Source: Takakia lepidozioides
Lineage: Eukaryota > Plantae > Bryophyta
Direction: 5' to 3'
Assembly: GCA_030704615.1 (NCBI GenBank)
Contig: CM060733.1
Location: forward strand, 10,230,001-10,294,000
Length of the DNA: 64,000 bases
The position numbers and the translations under genes are program-made. Below the pieces are notes generated by a model. That model was not told the origin of the DNA, ran no database searches, and saw only the letters and a program-made list of their open reading frames with translations. This document shows, in pieces, positions 50,390-64,000 of the stretch (position 1 is its first letter; every line of letters begins with the position of its first letter).

Positions 50390-53300
50390 ATGGCGATGCA
50401 GTCTGAGGCAGTGGTGTCTTCAAGGGAAGCAATGCAAGCAGATCCGGTGCGGGGAGTGGTGATCATATCTGTGCCTCGTTCGGATAGTGCGTTTCAAGGG
50501 AAAAGCGTTTGTGCTGCTTTCACGTTTGGGGAGCAGCAGCAGCAGCAGCAGCAGACCCCTCTTCCACCCCTGCAGATAAACCCTTCACCGCGACGTAGGC
50601 AGCGCAGAAAGAAATTTACTTTCCTTTTTGTGACTATCGCTGCGGCAGTCTTACTGTGGCTCAAGGCTCCCCTGTTATTGAAATCAGAGCTGCAAGATGA
50701 CCGAGAGGAGCGTGTGCATGTGTATACTCTGTACCCCAAGATCACGGCGGTCCCCATCAAGATGGCCCAAATGCGGCGCCCACTTTCGGAGCGTGACCTG
50801 ATGAGGCGCAGCAGGGTGTCGTCTTCTAATAGCACCACCATTTCCCCCATTCGTGGCAACGTCTATCCCGATGGGTTAGATCCTTAAAGCCCAAACATGT
50901 CTACTCAATTCTATGAATGACACCACATGGTTTAGGAGAGAGGGGAGGGATCACTGAACATGTACCAAAAAAGCAGTTGAGCAACATGGCAGCATGGACT
51001 CTAACAATTCGCATAGAAAGAGCACTTCGTCTACTTTTAAGAATGAAGCTCTGCACTCTACTCTTGAACAATCTGACATGATCAGCCTCATATCATCACA
51101 ATGGCCAGTATTAGTGAATCACACTCACCGCAAAACACACACTGGCAGCAATAAATTGAAGAGCCAGGATGTTGCCAATTGTTTTAATTCCTTGGGTGTG
51201 GTTGGTTGGAATCTGTCTTACAGCAGATCCTTGTTCCAGCTTTATAAAGTTACTGTGTAGAATTTGCGAGGGAGATGGATTTTGCATTGATGAAGCTCCA
51301 CTACTTACTTGAGAAGCAGACAGTTACCCAGTCCCTTCAATGCCATAGATATCCATCCAGCCACATTGTACACCATGCCTATTGGAGTCCATGCATCTGG
51401 AGTTCACCAAGAAAATAGTGAATGAGCCTGATGTGATATCGGTTCTTTAGATGGAAGGTCCCATTGCAGATCAGGCCCCACCAATACAAATATATTTGAG
51501 CCTTGACCTTGGAGGATACCCTCCCTGTCTCTTCAAAATCAACAAGGTGATCGCCGTAACATGTCACGAGTGGACTGTCACGGGCCTTCATCTAGTTGCA
51601 GCTGAACTGGACTGGGATATGATTCATCACTACATCTTTGAGGGGCTATCAAGTGGTTGCATTTTCCTGAGTTACAGTCCCCAAGATCCTTGATGCACAG
51701 AACTCATGCTCTGATGCGCTTCACATTTTCTTTGGAGGTTGCTGGTGAAATATTTAGTGGGATTCATAGCCCCCCTTGCACTTGCAGTTGCCATTCCAAT
51801 GTGCTTGTTCAAACATATGTATTGTAGGTAGACCTGATGAAGAGGTTTTGCATGCATACAGGCTGTACTACATGTCGCTGCTGGTGGGTAACCCTGCCAA
51901 GGTCTACTTTTTGGATGTGGATACTGGCAGTGACCTCACCTGGCTGCAATGTGATGCACCCTGCCGTTATTGTGCGCCTGTGAGTCCTCCCCTTGCCTGC
52001 CTCTCTGATACTAGCTTCTGGACAAGTTCAACAGCATGAGATGTCTGAAGTCTGAATCTGTGGAATTTGTAACAGCAGTTAGGCAGTATTGGGTCTAAGT
52101 ACTTTGTTGGCCAAAACCCTAAGTAATAGGTTGTCTGTCACTTGCAATCATTTCTTGTATAATGATTCTCTTGGGGCCATGGAGGACTTCAGCTGACCAC
52201 TAGTATTCAGCAGTTTTTCTCTTTTCTTCCCCGTAATTTTAATCTCTTTCTTGTCATTTGTCTCTGTCACATGCAGGGACCACATGGGCTCTACAATCCC
52301 AGGAAAGCAGAGTTAGTTGACTGCCGTTCACCTGTATGTTCCCGTGTTCAAAGTGGAAGCAGCTATGCATGCAATGGGGGGGGGAACCAGTGTGACTATG
52401 AAATCGAGTATGCTGATGGCAGCTCCACGATGGGTGTTCTTATGGCCGACTCCATCACTTTGCAGCTTACTAATGGCTCTTTGACACAAGCAAAGGCCAT
52501 AATTGGGTATGAAAGTTACTCTTATGAAAGTTGTTGTACATCAACTGAAACCTCCAGGTCTTGTGGTGAACGAAGCTTCATCTTTGAAGGCCTGGATCGT
52601 TCACTTCTCATAGGATAGGATGGTCATAAACCATGAAATATGTTGAAGTTTTGGTCCCTTTTACTTCCCCTGCCATCCAAGAGACGATCTCTCTAACACC
52701 CACATTATTGAAGTGACAATTGCTAGATGATGTGTACGGCTGGCAAATTACTGGCCTGATCTGCCAGAAAGTCAAGTTGGACGGAAAGGCAGGCCAGGTC
52801 TTGACAATAGGCAGGTGTGTGCAGATGTGGATATGACCAGCAGGGGAGATTAGCACGCCTGCCAGCAAGCACAGATGGAGTACTGGGCCTGAGCAGCTCC
52901 AAGGTTGCGCTCCCCTCGCAGCTTGCTGAGCAGGGCATAGTAGCTAATGTGGTAGGTCACTGCTTGGCTGGAGGGAGCAACGAAGGTGGTTATCTATTTT
53001 TTGGAGACCAGCTTGTTCCATCGTGGGGCATGACTTGGACTCCCATGCGTCGAAGGCCTGCAATGTAAGTGCACTAGAGTGTCTAGCATGTACCAGCTTT
53101 GTTCCTGCTGCTTGGATATTGTATCCCATTGAGGCTTCATGATACTTCTCCTAATGTTGGATGCCACGTGCATTAATGGAGAAGGCACTCTACTTTCTAA
53201 GTTTGTCCACAAAATGAAGGAGTTCACAATGGCAATCTTCATCTTAACGCATACTATTTCCAGTCTGTTCTGCAACTGCCAATTCTTAAACAGGATTTGG

Positions 53301-56224
53301 ATGTGATGTTTTCGATGTCAGGGGGAGTTACCAGGTGGGCTTGCAGAGCATACGGTACGAAGACAACACATTCAATGTGAAGGGCAACAGCGTGGCAGAG
53401 GGTTATGCTGGGGTCATTTTTGACAGTGGGAGTACCTTCACATATTTGGAGCCACAGGCCTACGCAGCCCTTGTTTCTGCTGTGAGTTTTTGCTTGTGCC
53501 CCTCGGTTTGTTTTTTCGGGGAGAAAAGATCATCTTAACTTGTACAACACCTGAAAATGGAGACAAATGAGGCCTAGGAAATCAGAGACGGCTTGGACAC
53601 TACCCTGAAAGGCAGGGAGCTGATTCCCCATGTAGGCATGCCCTCAAAATTAATACAAAAGGGGATCCCTGTATCAATTGACATGGGAATTTGCTGTGAG
53701 AGCAGATTCCATAGCACTATGCTGGGGATTATCCTGTTGGATGCTAGCCCAATGGGAGCGACGTGCAGCGTCCTTCCAAGCTGTATACAAGACCCTTTGA
53801 CAAAAGAAAATCTCTGAACTAAACACCTTGCTGCACCTGCCGCATATAGAGGAGGGACAACAGGAATACGATATCTTCGAACCCGAGACTCAATAGATTC
53901 GACTCCACGTTCATAAAATCTCAAATATTCTTTCTGATTTTCAAATCCCTGATACTTCCCACAAGCACAAACCCCACTTCTGATAGGTCCGAAAATTCTT
54001 TCGCAGAACGATCCATCTTTCTCGGGTTTATGTGTTTTGTAATGTGAGGTATAAGGTTTAGTTATTTTTCCAACTATTTCTCCATTAGGTAAACCTCTTT
54101 CAGGCTGAGGTACGGTGCCAATATTAACAACCTTTACTTCTTGATTGTGTCGCTCGATTTGTTTTCGTATAATACTGTTGATTTTGTCGGGTCGAATGTT
54201 TACCATTAGCGTTCGTTAGTAATTTTCTGAGAAATAAAAAAAAAAGGAGGATGTGTGTGGAAGCAAGTATGAATTTTGGTTTCTTTTCACCCCGGAGGGT
54301 GACACCTTACATTTGGAGGTGGACACCTTCTAACAGCCATAACCAGGCTAATGTGGTGGCCCAACTGCTCACCAAAAGGCTGTTAAGGCCCCAGGTACAC
54401 AGTAGGTGACCAGTTGACGTAGCGACCCGGCTGCTCTGCATTGGCTATATTGGGTGCTTATACTCCTTTGTGGAGTTGAACCCGTGACCAATTGCAAGGT
54501 GGTCATGTATTTCAACCACTGGGTTATCTACTCGATGCTTGCAGTGGCACACTGATGTCAATCCAGGCCTCCTTTCAGAGATTGCAGCAGAGGATCTCTA
54601 CCAGCTTCACCCACATTTACTGGGCACCTTGGATTTCCATACACAGTGCTTGGGATCCCTCTTTGCCCTGTGTCCGACTTGGAAGACATAGTTTGTCTGA
54701 ATAATTGGGAATTTTCTGTATTTATTGTTTGTTTTTGTTGCATGTGTGGGGAGCAGGTGCAGGATCAGGCTGCTAGAAATGGGTTTGTACAGGATTCAAC
54801 TGATCAAACCCTACCTCTCTGTTGGGCAGGGACATCTCCCTTCCAGTAAGTATGCATGAAAGTCTAGATTTCCAAAGAATGTACTAAAGCTGTTGCGTTG
54901 CAGCGAACAGTGAGTTTTAGTTTGTTTTATTCATATATGGTGTCACGGGTTTAAGAGTTTTATGTTGAGTTTGTCTCAACTGCTCGTGGAACTCAGACGT
55001 TTACTAACGTATCTGTCAGTAAGTGCCCCTCTAAATATTGACATTGATCAAAAAACCGGGCTGGCGTGAGACAGATCGGTAGCAGATGTGAGTGGGCAGT
55101 TCAGCTCTCTGACACTTGACTTTGGAGGCAGCAATTGGCTCTCCACAAGCCAAACCATGGACCTTGACCCTGAAGGGTATCTCATTATCTCAGTAAGTTG
55201 CATTCAACCTTCCAGAATGGTGTTTGTACATCGAAAATATGAGTGTCCACAAGTTCAGAAATAAGTATTTTCAGGTGTAGCATGTACTAAGGGCACCAAG
55301 AAGGTTTGACAGGCTCACAAAAATGTATTCTCACTGGCTGTAAGACTCGATGATGTGTGTGACATGCAAGGAAGGATGCTAACAAGGTCCACTGTTAGGA
55401 GAGAACCTGCCTCAAAGGGAATATCTTGAAGTATGTGACTACGAATATCTACTAAATGTACACTTCACGGATTACAGAAAGCGTTGCCCAATTTCCGCAG
55501 GTTGTCCCACTAATAAGGGATGAATAGTAGAAATCTGAGGGAGGTGTTTGCATGTTGTAAGAGGAATGGGGTGCTGAGTATGCATGTACTATAACTGGTG
55601 CAGACAAAAGGCAACATGTGCCTTGGCATCTTGGATGCAAGTGGAGCAGGCGATGATGTTACCAATACGATTGGCGGTACAAACCCACCCCATGGGCCTC
55701 TTTTGTCTTGTGTGATTTGCCCTCTTTCAAACTTCCACTCAAATCTCATCCTGTGTCACGTTTGAAAGTTGTTAATTTTGGGTGCTTATAGTTCTGGTTT
55801 CCCACCTTATTTGTGCCATTGGGCTTGTACTATCTCTTGAGAGTGTCTGTTTCATTGTGATGGAGGTCCTTTTCAGAGAGTGTCATGCCCAGCTTAATTG
55901 CTGTGTACGTATTAACATTTGGATGGCACTCGCTTTTATATTGGGCATGTCTAGTGTGGGACGTCATTGACACTGTTTGCTGTGTGCAAAGGATTTCAAT
56001 ATCCTTGCTGCTGGTCAACACTTGCTATTTCTGCCCTGGTAGATTGCTTTTGGACTTCTCGAATTTGTTGCTTGGCTGATTATCGTTTAACTACATGTGG
56101 AGTGGCAGACATATCAATGCGAGGCTATTTGGTTGTATATGACAATGTTCAACAGCGCATTGGCTGGATTCGTAGGAACTGCCACAACCGGCCTACAAAG
56201 GCCTCAAATGTTTTTTCTGTATGA
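50390..56224 (+). CDS. APCB1: Aspartic protease APCB1/nucellin-like, ~9 exons
   Basis: GVVIISVP N-terminus plus [11 protein letters not shown]|[83 protein letters not shown]; both catalytic Asp motifs present. Confidence 0.92.
53866..54245 (-). other. atpA/rpoC1: Nuclear plastid insertion (NUPT): atpA 5' end (54105-54206) fused to an rpoC1 5' segment (53866-54104), inside an APCB1 intron
   Basis: [32 protein letters not shown] matches AtpA; [47 protein letters not shown] matches RpoC1; AT-rich. Confidence 0.92.
54285..54530 (-). mobile_element. tRNA-headed SINE-like copy next to the NUPT
   Basis: Minus strand TAACCCAGTGG..GGTTCAACTCC..GAAGGTGTCCACCT, shared with the 16271 SINE. Confidence 0.55.
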
Positions 56225-58036
56225 TTGAGTTATGGCTAAATGTTTGTGTATAGCTTGCCGTGCCCCGCTCTGGTGGGACATATGAACCACACGTGCACTT
56301 CAGTTGTAGACGCTTCAAGACAAGCGGGTATCGGCAGGATGGTTTTCCAGATGGCTGGTCTGCACCTGTTATTTATATGGTTAAAATGCAAAGTTAGAGT
56401 TAGGGATGGTTCCAGTGTGTAGTCAAAGCTTCTTCCTATGCTGCCAAGGATGATCTAGCACTAGCCTTCTTTTCGCATTCATGCAAACCCATTTGAATTT
56501 AGTTGCAACCCAAAAAATTACTTTATTCTGGAAGTGACTCTTCAACAGGCTACTCATGGAGAAAAGTAATAGGACCTTGGCAATTTAGTTCTAGCCAAGC
56601 CTTCTTGCCAGGGGAGAAACCGCGAATAAGGACATGTGTGGTTGTGGAGATTACAGGCAGAGCAGAAGTGCAAAATTAAAAATAAATATACAGACTTCAG
56701 CGCCAAACAGCTTGAAAAATGGTGGGTCTTATCTTAGGTGACAGATCTTCCTCCATCGTTCTGTGTGATCCAAGACGCACGCCCACCTGACCGTCTTCCA
56801 AGCTTCTGAAACTATTCGCGATTGCCTCCCTCAGAGTCGTGGTGGAAGAACATCGGACCATGGTGATCTAGCTGGAAACCGAGCTTTGCATCCCTCCCAA
56901 TTCATTGAAGCCCAACTCACCACAAAGCCAGGTTCCAGCTACCTTTATCCTCTCCAATGTCCAGGGATAATGACCTTTCCCATTTCTCCCCAAATATCTA
57001 GCACGATTCATCACGATCGCACGATCTAGCGCCTCCTATTTCTCAATGGCGGCTGGATTGAGACTCTTTACTGTTATGTCCTTCAAGTGACAAGCCACCA
57101 CCATTACCATTAGCTGACCAGCCACCACCTTTACTCCACTCGCTAACGAGTTCTTCGTTTCTCCTCAAGCCCCTCTCCGCCTGGCTCTCAGTTGAACTCC
57201 TCTCTAAACCCCAGCCCCGCACACCACCAGCTCGCTTCCCTCATCGCTGAAGCAGTCTGGAAGATGGCCCCCAACTTCCACAGCAGGAGTCAGCGCGGTA
57301 ACCCGAGAAATCGTCTTACTTGCAACACTACTTGCTGTTCAAAGTGGGTCTCAGTGACTGGCCCATATTCAGAACCCTGTGGAGGATATAAACGGGGTGA
57401 GCTGCAAGGGAGTGGAGGGTGGGCTTATGGGTGATTACGTATATTTGGAGGAGTACGTTACACCCAAGTATAACCTACTCCCCAAAATATCAGGTACTTA
57501 CCAGATAAGCGTACTCAAACTACAAAGGAAAAAATGGTGAGGTTCTTTACGTGAACTTTCAGATCATCATCTTCCTGTTTGTTTGATTGAACGGGTTCAG
57601 TGGATGCTCCCAGGCTTGCTACTCGAATTCTCAGACTTTGTGGTTTCGGTTGCGGAATCAATGTGAGAGCACCAGTATCACAACAGTATCGCAAATACTG
57701 AAACAGGGCTCAATTGCAATTTGCAAGGGAAAGCAGAATACAACCGCGGCTCCCGAGACCGTCCGTCAGCTTTATAACTTCTCAGGTACAATTAAGCACT
57801 TCGTTTTGATTTGAATTAGGTTCCCTGAATTGAATTGCAATGTGTTTTCGTAGCGCATGTCGTCTTGCCAAAGCTCTTCTTGAAAGAATTGCAAAACTTC
57901 CATCGGTGTCTTTGATTGTAACGATGACTCCCAGCTCGTCACAGTGCTGCAAAGTATGCAAGGGGTCCCTGAGGGCTTGTTCATTTCATTCATGTGGACC
58001 TTGACCCGTGTAGGCGGTCATAAGATTCTACACCCT

Positions 58037-59278
58037 ATGGAAGAAGAGCCTCAAGTGGGGTCGATGGACTTAAGCGCAGCCTTGTGGAGCGAGCTCCCCT
58101 CGGAAATCCTGGACGATGTACTGTCATTTCTGCCTGTGCAGGACTTGTGCAGATATCGCACCGTGTGCAAGAGATGGGATCAGCTTGTGTGCAACCCCAA
58201 ATTTGGGGCTGTTTGTACTGGAAATGCTTCGAAGCGAGATGCATCTTTGATTGCAATGCGGTACAAGTACCTTCTCGAGAGGGCATCTGGATCTCGTACG
58301 GCATTCGGATGGTGCTTATTTGACCTGAACGCATGGCGTTGGTATATGGTGGAGGAAGCTCCAGAAATTCCACGCGATTATTATCATGTTGGAGTAGATC
58401 TCGGGGAAGTCATGGACGGGGGTCTGTTTTGCAAAGTTTGGACAATAGACCTTGATGGATATGGAATTGTTGTGTACAACCCCATGGCAAAGACGTGGAG
58501 AAATCTGCCAATTGTACCGGAGCATTTGACCTCTCAATCCCCACCACTGTTGACGATGGTCGTTGACAGCATTTCTCAGAGCTTCAAGGTTTTTGTAATA
58601 TATCACATTTGTCATGCAAAGGCTTTGGATGACCCTAGTACGAGTCTGGAAGAGCCCTGCATGCGAGTTTATGATTCGGCTACCAACGTTTGGAGGAGCT
58701 TCAGCACTCCATCCTGCGTCCCAGCTTCTGGGGTTGGTCCGGCGAGCAGTGTCATGTTTCAAGGTCTTCTCTACGTTTATCTACCTTCGTTCGGAGAAGA
58801 GGATCCACTGTGGAGATACAACCTAGTGGAGGATGAGTGGGAGAATCTACCTGTGGTCATCCCAGATTACCTCCACGATCCCGAGCTCATCGCGAGCGCC
58901 AATCGGTTGTTTCTGGTGGCATTTCGTTATGGGAATGATGATGAGATACCTTGGCTGTTGGAGGCGAGTGAACTTAAATTCCCTGATCTGACTCGGGAAA
59001 TGCTGTTGGAAATGTCAGCAGCAGACTTTGTGAGAGAGACTGATCTCAAAACGGGGATTGACAAGCCATTACTCGGTGAACCCAATTTAAAGGTGGTTGG
59101 CTTTGGCCCCTCTCTCTTGTTCATGTCCCAGTCGACTGAAATGTCGGCGGTCTTTCACTTGGCAACGCGTTCGTGGGGTCATGGTTTGCCTCCGATCGGA
59201 TTCCCAGAACCGCGTCGATATTGCGGGTGGGTTGGGAAGCACATGAATGTCATCCTGCCTTGTACTGCGCTCTGGTAG
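58037..59278 (+). CDS. F-box protein with kelch/FBA-like C-terminus, intronless
   Basis: LWSELPSEILDDVLSFLPVQDLCRYRTVCKRW; VVYNPMAKTWRNLP, VYDSATNVW. Confidence 0.92.
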   Translation: MEEEPQVGSMDLSAALWSELPSEILDDVLSFLPVQDLCRYRTVCKRWDQLVCNPKFGAVCTGNASKRDASLIAMRYKYLLERASGSRTAFGWCLFDLNAWRWYMVEEAPEIPRDYYHVGVDLGEVMDGGLFCKVWTIDLDGYGIVVYNPMAKTWRNLPIVPEHLTSQSPPLLTMVVDSISQSFKVFVIYHICHAKALDDPSTSLEEPCMRVYDSATNVWRSFSTPSCVPASGVGPASSVMFQGLLYVYLPSFGEEDPLWRYNLVEDEWENLPVVIPDYLHDPELIASANRLFLVAFRYGNDDEIPWLLEASELKFPDLTREMLLEMSAADFVRETDLKTGIDKPLLGEPNLKVVGFGPSLLFMSQSTEMSAVFHLATRSWGHGLPPIGFPEPRRYCGWVGKHMNVILPCTALW

Positions 59279-60322
59279 GAGGATGCATGTGAAGATGTTG
59301 ATTACACATTCAGATAGAGCTCTGAAGCGTTGATTTCTGGCGCGATATTATGCAGGTCAGAGTATGGACACCGGCACAATTAATTCTGTGCTAAATTTTG
59401 CTGCTGTAGAAGCCTTGTGTGAATACTGTAAGCCTCCGTTATAGAGTTGGGTGTTGAGGTGTTGAGTCTAGGGGGAAGCACACTGTACAGGAACACTTTG
59501 CAAGTTTTGGACGTCTCTCATCTGCCTGCCGATGGAGACAATAGCTTGCTGGTGAGGCAGACCATGAATGCAAGGTCTCAGTCAATTTTTTATCAGACAG
59601 ATTTTGTTCTTTCTGTAGTGTAGTAAGATTCCATAATTGATTTACAAAACAGAAATTAGGAGCACAAGGTACATGCAGGGAAATGCATGTGGCTCGCCTC
59701 CCATCCTCCCCCGAGCTTTTTATTTTTATTTGCATGTTCTGTTTCAAATTGGATGGTTTGCTCTGTGGAAAATGTCTGCACACATCTGGAGGTTTATGTA
59801 TTTGCTTGAGCTTGGATTGAGCCAAGCAATGGTGGATCAGGGGAAGAGAGTGCAACATTCTATGAAGTGGAAAGAAAAGGTCTTATCTTGTTATTGTATG
59901 ACAGATTGGCACCCTGCCGGAAATGAGGAGAAAAAGTTGTTATCATCTCTGCTAATTGCCCTTTGCTTTGTGGATTGTGGCACATCATCAATGTAATTGT
60001 GGTGATAGATTGCTAGTAGAAAAAGAGAGGTGGGAAATCCTGGGTTTATAAGGATAAATGAATAATCAGCCTACATCGAGGTTATATGATTGGGCATTCT
60101 AATAATGGTGTAGCTGGGTGTAACCTGATACACTGATGCATGTTGGCTCACCAACAGGAGACAAATTTCTATATGCAAAGAGGTTAAATTTTGCCAGTAA
60201 GAGCTCCTTGTAAGAAGTTTTAAGGACCATCTGGTTTACTCCATGATTTTCCCCATTTACAATCTGGCATGATAAACCCATAAAATGGAAAAAAAAAATT
60301 GATAACCGAAAGCATAGAACAA

Positions 60323-63308
60323 TTAATGAACTTGTCTGACATTAATGTTAATGCGCGACTGGTTGATGTAGCTTAGAAATGGATCAAGCCAACTCCCTTC
60401 TGCTATTGCTCCAAAATCTGGCACCTCTGCTTCAGCCTCCTCTACAAAAATGCGTGGTACACCTGCACAGCAGGTGACCCTGGCATTAATGAAAACATCC
60501 TTAAAGGAAGGTCATATAGGAGCTGCACTTGCAGACAAGTGGTAGTTGTTACAGATACTAATAGATAACGCTGCAGGCAACATTACTATTAAACAAAGGC
60601 CGCCATCTCCACACCAAGATGTGGGGGCTCCATGCTGTGATATAGAGTGTTCAGCTGCTAGAATATGGCAGCAATGCGTTAGACTCAACTGTACTATGTA
60701 CTGGCAAACAGGGACTGAGACACCACGGAGCCATCAAAGTCTGCAACCGTACCCAAAGGGAACTTCAACAGATGGGGACAAGATTTGCAACCCGAAACTG
60801 ATATGAACTAGGTGTCCCCACTGGGTACCTTGCTTCAGAACTGTATACTTTTACAGCTATCAGAAACATACAAGAGCCTAGAGGTAAGACAGTGCAGACA
60901 TTGAAGGAGCGGCAAAAGGTCAAAGCATACCATGAAAGCAGTGCCGGGCTGGACCTGCCATGAGCACCACATCTCCACTCCGAAGGTACATGGCAGTTGG
61001 AGGCTGGTCTCGACTAGGGCCTCCTAACAGAAACACAGCCTTGCACCCCAGACTGCCATCCACCACGACAGGTTTGGAAGGGAAAACCAATCCACAAGGG
61101 TGCAAGTTCAGGTCAGTAGGTACCTTTAAACCTTTGGAGCACCCTAGGAAGTAGATGCATATCAATGTTGATTATACAAAGTTGTACATCAGGCCTAGGA
61201 GAAGGATCACTAAGGTAGTTCATGGCCCTCTTCCTCCAAAAGAGAAAAAAAGAAGGAAGCATGTGAAGGGTGTGTTGAACCTACTGAAACCCCTAAAACC
61301 TTAAAAAAGCAGCGAAAAAGTGAGGACAAAAGCAAACACAGCAAGAGGCCAATTATTTGACAGCCTCAACTAAAAGGCTTTAAACGGAAATCATCCATCT
61401 CTGTGAGCATCCAGTAACAAGTGATTTACCTTGTAAGTGCCATTGACTAACATCACTCCATGGATCACATTGAGTATCTTCAATATCGATAAAGTAATAA
61501 ACCAATCCAGCATTGCAGGGAGAGAGAGAGAGAGAAAAACCTGATGCTAACAATTGGTTTGCTCCAGTCAGCCTCCATATCATCAACGTGGCCGCCAAGA
61601 ATGTCATCTGCACACATAACCTTCCAGCTTATTTAGCTCAAAACTCTCGAGAAGAAAAGACCTTATACTTATGGACTTACCAGACTAACCAACGCTTACC
61701 AGGACCATAATAATTCACGATTGCTGCTTCTGCTTCGAACTGCCCCTCTCCCACAGCTGGTTCTGCCAGCCTGGTTGCCAACTGAGCCAGATCTTTCGGG
61801 AAATCTCTGTAAGCAAGAGACTCATCATATGCTCGCTGCCACACCCACAACACCAGTCAAGAGCCTGGGCGAAGAAAGACCTGAAAAAAAACAAGCCAGA
61901 AATGAAGGTCCCTTTTCTCCATCTTGTTCCCATTTCATTTGCTAGTCCCCAATTCTCAGAACGTGGATCCTTTCTGGGTAAAGCTGCAAGCTACAGCTGT
62001 AGGCTGCCACATTCAAAATCGTGAATACAAGGTGACCATGAAGCTGTGCCTACAGAAGTGCAATATACAATCATTGGAGCTCTTGCAAGTATTAACAACC
62101 TTTCACAGCATCCTATATTCATTTCCAAATGGCTGTATCCTCCACGGGAAGATGGAAAAAATTTCGGACTTTCAAACATACCAGTGGAGATTTTAAATGA
62201 AACTTTTGGTTCTTCTCTTCCTATGCTTTGGCTCAAGGTAGGAAATCCAGAAGACTTAATGAGCTCAATTTACAACAACACCCTAGTCTGAGAAGCACTG
62301 CGACAGATTACCTCAACGGCAAGCAGGTACCCTAGCAGAGGCCATAAAGAGAAAAACCTTAGACCAGTCAAATTGGAGCCCCAGCGTGGCCCAACGCAAC
62401 TTCCTCAGCAATGTCTCAGCTGATACAGGTGTTTCCAAGGTTGTCAGTTGATCTTTGACCGTCCTTTCACAAAATTGCCATGTCTTGCCGTTCCCGTCTG
62501 ATTGCGAAGTTGAACAATTAATGAGCAGATGAACATAAATGAACTCAAATAGGGCCACATCTGCATATGGGGACATAGTCAACACTTGTGCATGAGTGAT
62601 AAGAAAATCCTCAACCTCACATGTACCACACATAATAAATGAAGGATCGTCATGCCTGATACATGTGAGAAAGAGTTTGAGACAGGCAACGCCACATTGT
62701 GCCCACTCCACAAAAGCATGGCCAATCTGATTTTGACAGGTTGCATTACAGTCCATAACTGGCTGGTGCTTCACAGATTATGCCAACGTTCCATGTCTTA
62801 ACACAAACTGGCACGCAAACACAGGGTTGGAGTTGAACTTACAAACTGAGGTACCTCTATCCTGAATTGTGAAAGTGCATCTCTACCTGTTTGAGAGCAC
62901 TGAAAAGTTGGATTTTTTAACCCTATTGCAACCCTCCTCCGCTCTATTACCTTCCTCAGGTGTTGATGAAGCCAAGTCAAAATGATCTGTAGTGCTGTCA
63001 TGTCCCTCCAAATGACTCGTACATTCACATGAGACAGTTGGCTGTCTATTTTTCTGCATTCCAGCATCTGCTTTATGTCTCATATCCTTATCTTCAGACA
63101 ACCTAGATGCAGGAAAAGATAATTGGTTACTGGATGCCAACTTCACAAGCACTTTCCCCATTTGAGCTGCAGACCAGAGGTCCTGAATGGGCCCATATAA
63201 AGCATTGTGATTGGTACGATTTGGAGGTTGTGGAAATGTTCTCAAACATTCGCAGAGCCAGTGGAGCTGTTGTGTCATAGAGAGTGCTTCTGGTATAAAG
63301 TAAAACCC
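60323..63308 (-). CDS. ALKBH1: AlkB-family dioxygenase ALKBH1-like, 3' part (5' exons not resolved in the window)
   Basis: [108 protein letters not shown]. Confidence 0.93.
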
Positions 63309-64000
63309 TGCAACCAAACATGCACAATAAGTACCGCAGAAATGTCTGCACCACTACCATAGATCTGAGAGTAGAAGCATAATGCAAGTAATGGTCTGAA
63401 AAATCCAGCATCTCCGCCCATAAATACCAAACTTCCTGCAATAGTGCTGAGCTAAGGACCCCAGAGATATGCTGATCAGCATCCATAATACTTTTTTTTG
63501 TAAAAGCTGAACCATCATAAGCATAGTTAACTCCCAATTAATGCTAAGATCAGAATCACTCCCAACCAGTGTACACCTCATAGGAACAATCCAGCGCATG
63601 TCCTCGTGGCATGCCCTGCTGAGTTTCCAGGGTGAAGTCATGGGAAGGAATTTGGCTCTAACTGGCCACAACCTCATTTGTTTACAACTGTTACAAACCA
63701 TAAACCCTCAGATGAACATCATCCTAGCTTCAACAAAAGCCTGACAAGATATCCTAGTTTGTCAGATCCGAACCTGAATGTTCATGGCTGTTATGTACAA
63801 AGAGGTTTTGCTTAAATGATTGATTTCATCTGGGAGAAATTGGTGCCAAGTGACCGGCAGTGTGATGAGGGAGACAGAGGTTTTCGAGTTTGTCCTGAGA
63901 TGTGTCCCCTTTTGCTCACAGTAAGAAGAGAATTATGACAGGATGAGGATTTAGAGGAATCCTCGTGGTCGTGGTCCAACCTAAACCCTAAACCTATCTA

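Noticed and set aside
57944-58036. N-terminal extension of the F-box ORF
   Set aside because: GTG start in the track; F-box position favours the ATG at 58037, although upstream ATGs cannot be excluded
63978-63995. Telomeric repeat
   Set aside because: Only about two imperfect AAACCCT units; a telo-box-like or chance motif

Overview
This is land-plant nuclear DNA; the gene style and repeat content suggest a bryophyte-grade plant (inference). Host genes are: the 5' part of a SUD1/DOA10 RING-CH E3 ligase (-), two tandem trihelix GT-3-like transcription factors (-) with an intronless prefoldin-3 gene between them, an ATXR4-like SET gene (-) head-to-head with an APCB1/nucellin-like aspartic protease (+), an intronless F-box gene (+) and the 3' part of an ALKBH1-like dioxygenase (-). 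The interval ~3.6-34.5 kb is a nested transposon graveyard. It holds a hAT MITE with an 8-bp TSD, a TA-flanked MITE, Helitron-like arrays, a decayed CACTA transposase with three left termini, PLS-class PPR gene debris, a MULE-like MITE, a TTAA-flanked piggyBac-like element and several LINE remnants. Three signals stand out. (1) A 2.3-kb long-TIR element carries nine copies of a 30-40-bp palindrome whose core is far more conserved than its spacers. (2) A tRNA-headed SINE family and a restriction-like-endonuclease LINE share a covarying 3' RNA structure. (3) An in-frame plastid atpA-rpoC1 chimera with apparently unedited codons sits in an intron. All calls come from reading the sequence by eye; no database searches were run.
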